A stretch of DNA of 64,000 nucleotides from Sphyrna mokarran (taxonomy: Eukaryota): assembly GCA_024679065.1 (NCBI GenBank), contig JAGIQG010000017.1:19282001-19346000 (forward strand), in the 5' to 3' direction. Shown here in pieces: positions 62,721 through 64,000 of this stretch. The first letter of the stretch is position 1; each line of letters starts with the position of its first letter. A program made the translations under genes and the position numbers. Below the pieces are notes generated by a model. The model did no database searches and had not been told where the DNA came from. It saw nothing but the letters and a program-made list of their open reading frames with translations.

Positions 62721-63084
62721 GTGTCTGCCTGATCCAGGTGGAAGATAAAAATGGCCCCTCAGTTTATTTTTGTGCTTATATTTTGTCCTTTCTTCATTCT
62801 TCCTGTTTGCTGGAAGTTTGGCATGATCTCTTCTCAAAAACTGCAACTATATTGCTGGTTATTCTAAGCCTGACTACCAAGAAATATTAATTGAAACTTT
62901 GTATATCACTCAGCAGTTCTATGGTAGGTAACCAAATGACCGTCTAAAGCAGAAAAATTTGTTGCTCAGTGCTTTGTTAAAGAGAATTTTGTGTTATTAG
63001 GTCAAAGCGATATCTTTTCATCACAGGTCCTCAATAGATAAGGAAAGTTGTGACAAAATATTTGTATAGTTTTCAATTAAGTGA

Positions 63085-63627
63085 AGAATCACAGAATCCC
63101 TACAGTGCAGAAGGGAGCTATTCAGCTCATTGAGCCTGCACCGACAACAATCCTACCCAGATCCTATTCCCATGAACCTACATATTTACACTACTTGCAC
63201 AATTCCTAGCTTGGATCACTGTTTCTGGGGATCTGCACATTCTCTCCATGTTTGTGTGAGTTTCCTCGGGTGCTCCAGTTTCCTCCCCCAACGTCTGAAC
63301 GTTGTGCTGGTTAGGTGGATTGACCATGCTAAAATTCTGCCTCAGTGTACCCAAACAGGCGCTGGAATGTGGCAACTCAGGGATTTTCACAGTAACTTCA
63401 TTGCAATGTTAATGTAAGCTTGTTTGTGACACTAATAAATAAATAATCCCCCTGGCATTAAGGGGCAATTTAATATGGCCAATCCACCTAACCCACACAT
63501 CTTTGGAATATGGGTGAAACGCACATAGACATGTGCAAACTCTACACAGTTACCCAAGAATGGAATCACACCCAGGCCCCGGCATTGTGGGGGACCAGCA
63601 CTAACCACTGTGCCACAGCGCTGCCCC
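63085..63627 (-). mobile_element. HE1-like SINE (-) with a second SINE (+, about 63196-63443) nested inside
   Basis: Outer element: tail GAATCACAGAATCCCTACAGTGCAG at 63086 and head ...CTAACCACTGTGCCACAGCGCTGCCCC at 63601-63627. Inner element: + strand body ending GTGACACTAATAAATAAAT. Confidence 0.82.
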
Positions 63628-64000
63628 AGAGCTGACACTTAAAACACTGGCATAGGAATTGCCTGATGACAAAGATCAAAGCCCATCTAGTTCACTTTCT
63701 ATTGATCTATTGTCACAAAATGCAACGATACTGAAGTTTTATTAACCTTGGCAATTGATTTCTATTCCATAGTCTTGATCAGACCAAGATATAAGATGAC
63801 AAAATGGCAATTGTGCAAAATGTGATCACGTTAGGTCCGAAGTTATCTGTTCCTCCAAAGCATGACACATTTTATCTTGTGTCATGTCTCTTTACCCAAT
63901 GTTTTCCTCATGCTGATGGATCTGATGTATATTTTCAACATTTTCTCTTCTCATTTCACAATTATGAAAGGGAGCAGGCATCAAGAATATATTTCCACTC

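Overview
Repeat-dominated eukaryotic genomic DNA, very probably from a shark or other elasmobranch, judged from HE1-like tRNA-derived SINEs and CR1/HER1-like, RTE, Rex1/Babar, L2, Penelope-like and Harbinger relics. I find no intact host protein-coding gene. Nearly all ORFs in the track are artefacts of stop-poor pyrimidine-rich repeats or decayed retroelement fragments. The window has three domains. (1) 1-~30,960: a composite array of a diverged ~35-bp satellite (satellite A, eye consensus CTGGGTTCACTGCTCTCCTCCTGCACTGCTCCACA), amplified together with embedded RTE (-), Rex1 (+), CR1 and Penelope-like fragments in ~2-4.5 kb macro-units. (2) ~31,560-48,226: a second ~30-35-bp satellite (satellite B, TTTTATTGAAGTCTCACCTCT core) with nested higher-order periods of ~0.8-0.95, ~1.35-1.4 and ~2.48 kb. 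Its ~60-bp punctuation motif appears to derive from a CR1 reverse-transcriptase fragment still visible at the array edge. The array is rich in CGCG and in minus-strand AATAAA. (3) 48,227-64,000: ordinary TE-littered sequence, including a Harbinger transposase fossil and a Penelope-like insert carrying a minimal hammerhead ribozyme core. Coordinates were read by eye; TE boundaries are approximate (tens of bp) and family names come from recognised peptide motifs, not database searches.
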